Assembly: GCA_964199315.1 (NCBI GenBank)
Contig: OZ116709.1
Location: forward strand, 26,288,001-26,352,000
Direction of reading: 5' to 3'
Origin: Orbicella franksi
Taxonomy: Eukaryota
DNA: 64,000 bases
The notes under the pieces: model-generated
What the model was told of the DNA's origin: nothing
What the model saw: only the letters and a program-made list of their open reading frames with translations
Database searches by the model: none
Shown: positions 61,750-64,000 of the stretch, one piece after another
How the letters are laid out: each line of letters opens with the position of its first letter
Numbering within the stretch: position 1 is the first letter of the stretch
Position numbers and translations under genes: made by a program

Positions 61750-63435
61750 TCAGCTCATGGCGGATGTGACATTGGTGGCAGCTGTCTCGGCTCTTCTGAT
61801 TTCATTCGTGATCTGTGTCAGATCTTGGATGAACACTTGAATCTGAAGATTAAAAACGTAAAGAGGAAGCACAATCAGCAAAAGATTACATTTTAAACGT
61901 CTTACACGATAACAGACTGGCGAGAATCATGACGACAACAAAACAACGCGCTCTTACAAAGCCCCGTCCACATTACACTGGAGGAATTTGAAAACGCAGC
62001 TTTATTTCTACGGTTTTGCCTGCTGTCCACACCGATATAATCCATCAAGAAAACGGAGCTTTTCGAAAACGCTCTTCAAACCGCAGAAATTTGAAAACGC
62101 CGGCTTCAGTTGCGTTTTAGTGTGGGCGGAAAACATTTTGAAAACGGAGCTATTCGAAAACGATGACGTCACGATAATCACGTGATTTTCCTGCCCGAGT
62201 TTTCCTCAAACACAAATCCAAAATGACCGGTAATTGATGCGTTTTCAGATTCCTCCGACAGAGTTAGGACGGAAAACATTATTTTCATGCGTTTTCAGAG
62301 TAAAAGCTGCGGCGTAGTGTGCACGGGGCCTTAGCATGTGTTAGCCCAGGAATTGAGCAAATGCACTGTCGCCACAGGGTAGAGAGTATTCTGCGGTATT
62401 TGCGGACTAACAGTCTGTTTCGCATTCTAGCAATGAGCGCCCGTGACCCTCGAACGCCCCAATCCCATATTTACCTGCTTCGTTTAAAAACTAAATTAAA
62501 ACAGTTATTTTTTGAACTAAATAATAATAAATATTATGCCTTTCCCTTTACATTTTCTAACCACCAAAGGTTGCCCTGACTCGATAATCTTTTGATGGTT
62601 CGTCTTTATAAAGGTTCACTTGCTACATAGCCCTAGTCTCGTTAGTTCTTGCCAAGGCTGCGGTCTAAGAAAAACTACGAGGAGCCCAAAGGCTCCTACC
62701 CATGAAATCCTGGGTGCCCAGCACGTAAGCTTTTGCCCAAAGGCAAAAGCTAGTGGTCTGTGGCACCCGGGTGTTTTTAGAGCACAGCCCTGCTTACTGA
62801 TTTCAAAGCCGATTTAACCTTTAGAAAGAATGCACTGCATACAGCACTGCATACAATAAGTCATTTCCTAAAGTAAGCATGTGGGTAAACCAGATTTATG
62901 ACAAACCCGGAAGTGTGTAAGAGACGGTGCAATTTTCGTCAGTAATACCGAAGAATGGAGAACGCGCGTTCAGACTACTGACTGCGATCAGACGAAGGAA
63001 ACACTCAGTAGCACTACAGAGAAGCATTACCTTTTCCAGCTGTTTTTCAGTGAGTTCTATGACTGTGTTCTGTTTCAGGTGTCTGTTTACGAGCATAAAC
63101 AGGTTATGGGTTGCCCTGCCGGTAAAAAACGAACACTTTTACTAAAGGCACTCATGAATGAGCAGAGTCTGACTGAACTAACATTCAAAAATAATCCTTA
63201 AAATGTTGACATTTTTACTTACATTTTTATTCTTCCTAAAAGGAGAGTTTTCTTGGCCGCTGTGTTCTGTATGTGAGTCCACTGTGATTCCCTGAAAACA
63301 GCAAAGTGTCTGAATTGTAACGTTGATGTATTTGATGAATGACGCATTTTTTCATCAGTGCTGAATGAAAGATAAAGTTTACCATTTGACGGCCACGCTC
63401 TGAGCCTTCTCCAGCTGTGTCTGTAAATGTGCAAG
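61750..63435 (-). CDS. CCDC42/CFAP73: 3' four exons of CCDC42/CFAP73-family coiled-coil ciliary protein (63435-63383, 63291-63223, 63115-63031, 61842-61750); the gene probably continues beyond the window
   Basis: Spliced translation [56 protein letters not shown]...EKQLEKIQVFIQDLTQI..* carries the family signature [22 protein letters not shown]. Minus-strand AATAAA at 61653-61648. Confidence 0.88.
61960..62330. mobile_element. PIF/Harbinger-like MITE in the last CCDC42 intron
   Basis: TIR (A/G)GCCCCGTCCACA / TGTGCACGGGGCC with TTA on the right flank; same family as 18983-19287. Confidence 0.7.
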
Positions 63436-64000
63436 CTATTCAATTTAATAGAGAAGGCAAAAATAAGATTATTATCGAGAATAAAAATCGTTGAATGCCA
63501 AAGTTGTTAAAAGAGTTAAGTTATGAATATCATTAGGTGGCATTCCTGTGCGTGACGTCGAATTACGTTACTCCTTATATTTCTTGTTAAATGCTTTAAT
63601 TAAAGCAACTGACCATTCGATCTCTTAATTCTACAAGGCTTATAAAGTCAATCCTTTATAGAGGAATAGCCACAATTAAAGGCTTTTGTAAAGGGAAAAT
63701 TATAATTAAAGGACAACTTTTACTAGTATGAGAAAATGTATGCTGCAAAACCGATCAAAAGTGACAATAAAGGTCAGATTTTGCAGCATAAATTTTCTTA
63801 AACTGTCCACCATGTTGGAACAACTATGGGTAAAGGTAAAGAATCCAATCACACTGATGCGTCGGTTGACACTCGGCTGACAAGCCACGAACAGTCGACC
63901 GACAGTCAGCCGACTATCAGCGGACTGTCAGCTGACGCGTTGGCCACTGTTCATCCTTAACCTACCTTTACCAAACTGAACTTAAATGTCTGGTAAATGG

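Overview
Eukaryotic, AT-rich, intron-rich animal DNA. The gene content and repeat families point to a cnidarian, most likely a stony coral (inference). I reconstructed seven host genes by hand from splice sites and reading-frame continuity: (1) an intronless class A GPCR (+); (2) a 3-exon TauD/TfdA-family Fe(II)/2-oxoglutarate dioxygenase of the DdaC/SyrP-like type (+); (3) a complete 10-exon D-amino-acid/D-aspartate oxidase ending in PTS1 AKL (-); (4) a 7-exon secreted PAN-EGF-Ig-CNTNAP/fibrinogen-like modular protein whose signal-peptide exon has no AUG (+); (5) a 20-exon KIF22/Kid kinesin (+); (6) a 4-exon GT-A glycosyltransferase with the motif series of prokaryotic glucosylglycerate synthase (-); (7) the 3' end of CCDC42/CFAP73 (-). 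Mobile DNA includes a nearly intact BEL/Pao LTR retrotransposon with no 5' LTR, a 1.43-kb foldback element with a 9-bp TSD and internal 179-bp hairpin-bearing repeats inserted 33 bp from the oxidase ATG, two tRNA-headed elements with inverted 5' arms, a degenerate Penelope-type hammerhead junction, a Crypton relic, and many MITEs, SINEs and very short LINE tails. The best candidate for an undescribed system is the intron-containing glucosylglycerate-synthase-like gene, which suggests host synthesis of a glycosylglycerate compatible solute in an animal. All homology calls come from motif recognition; no database search was run.
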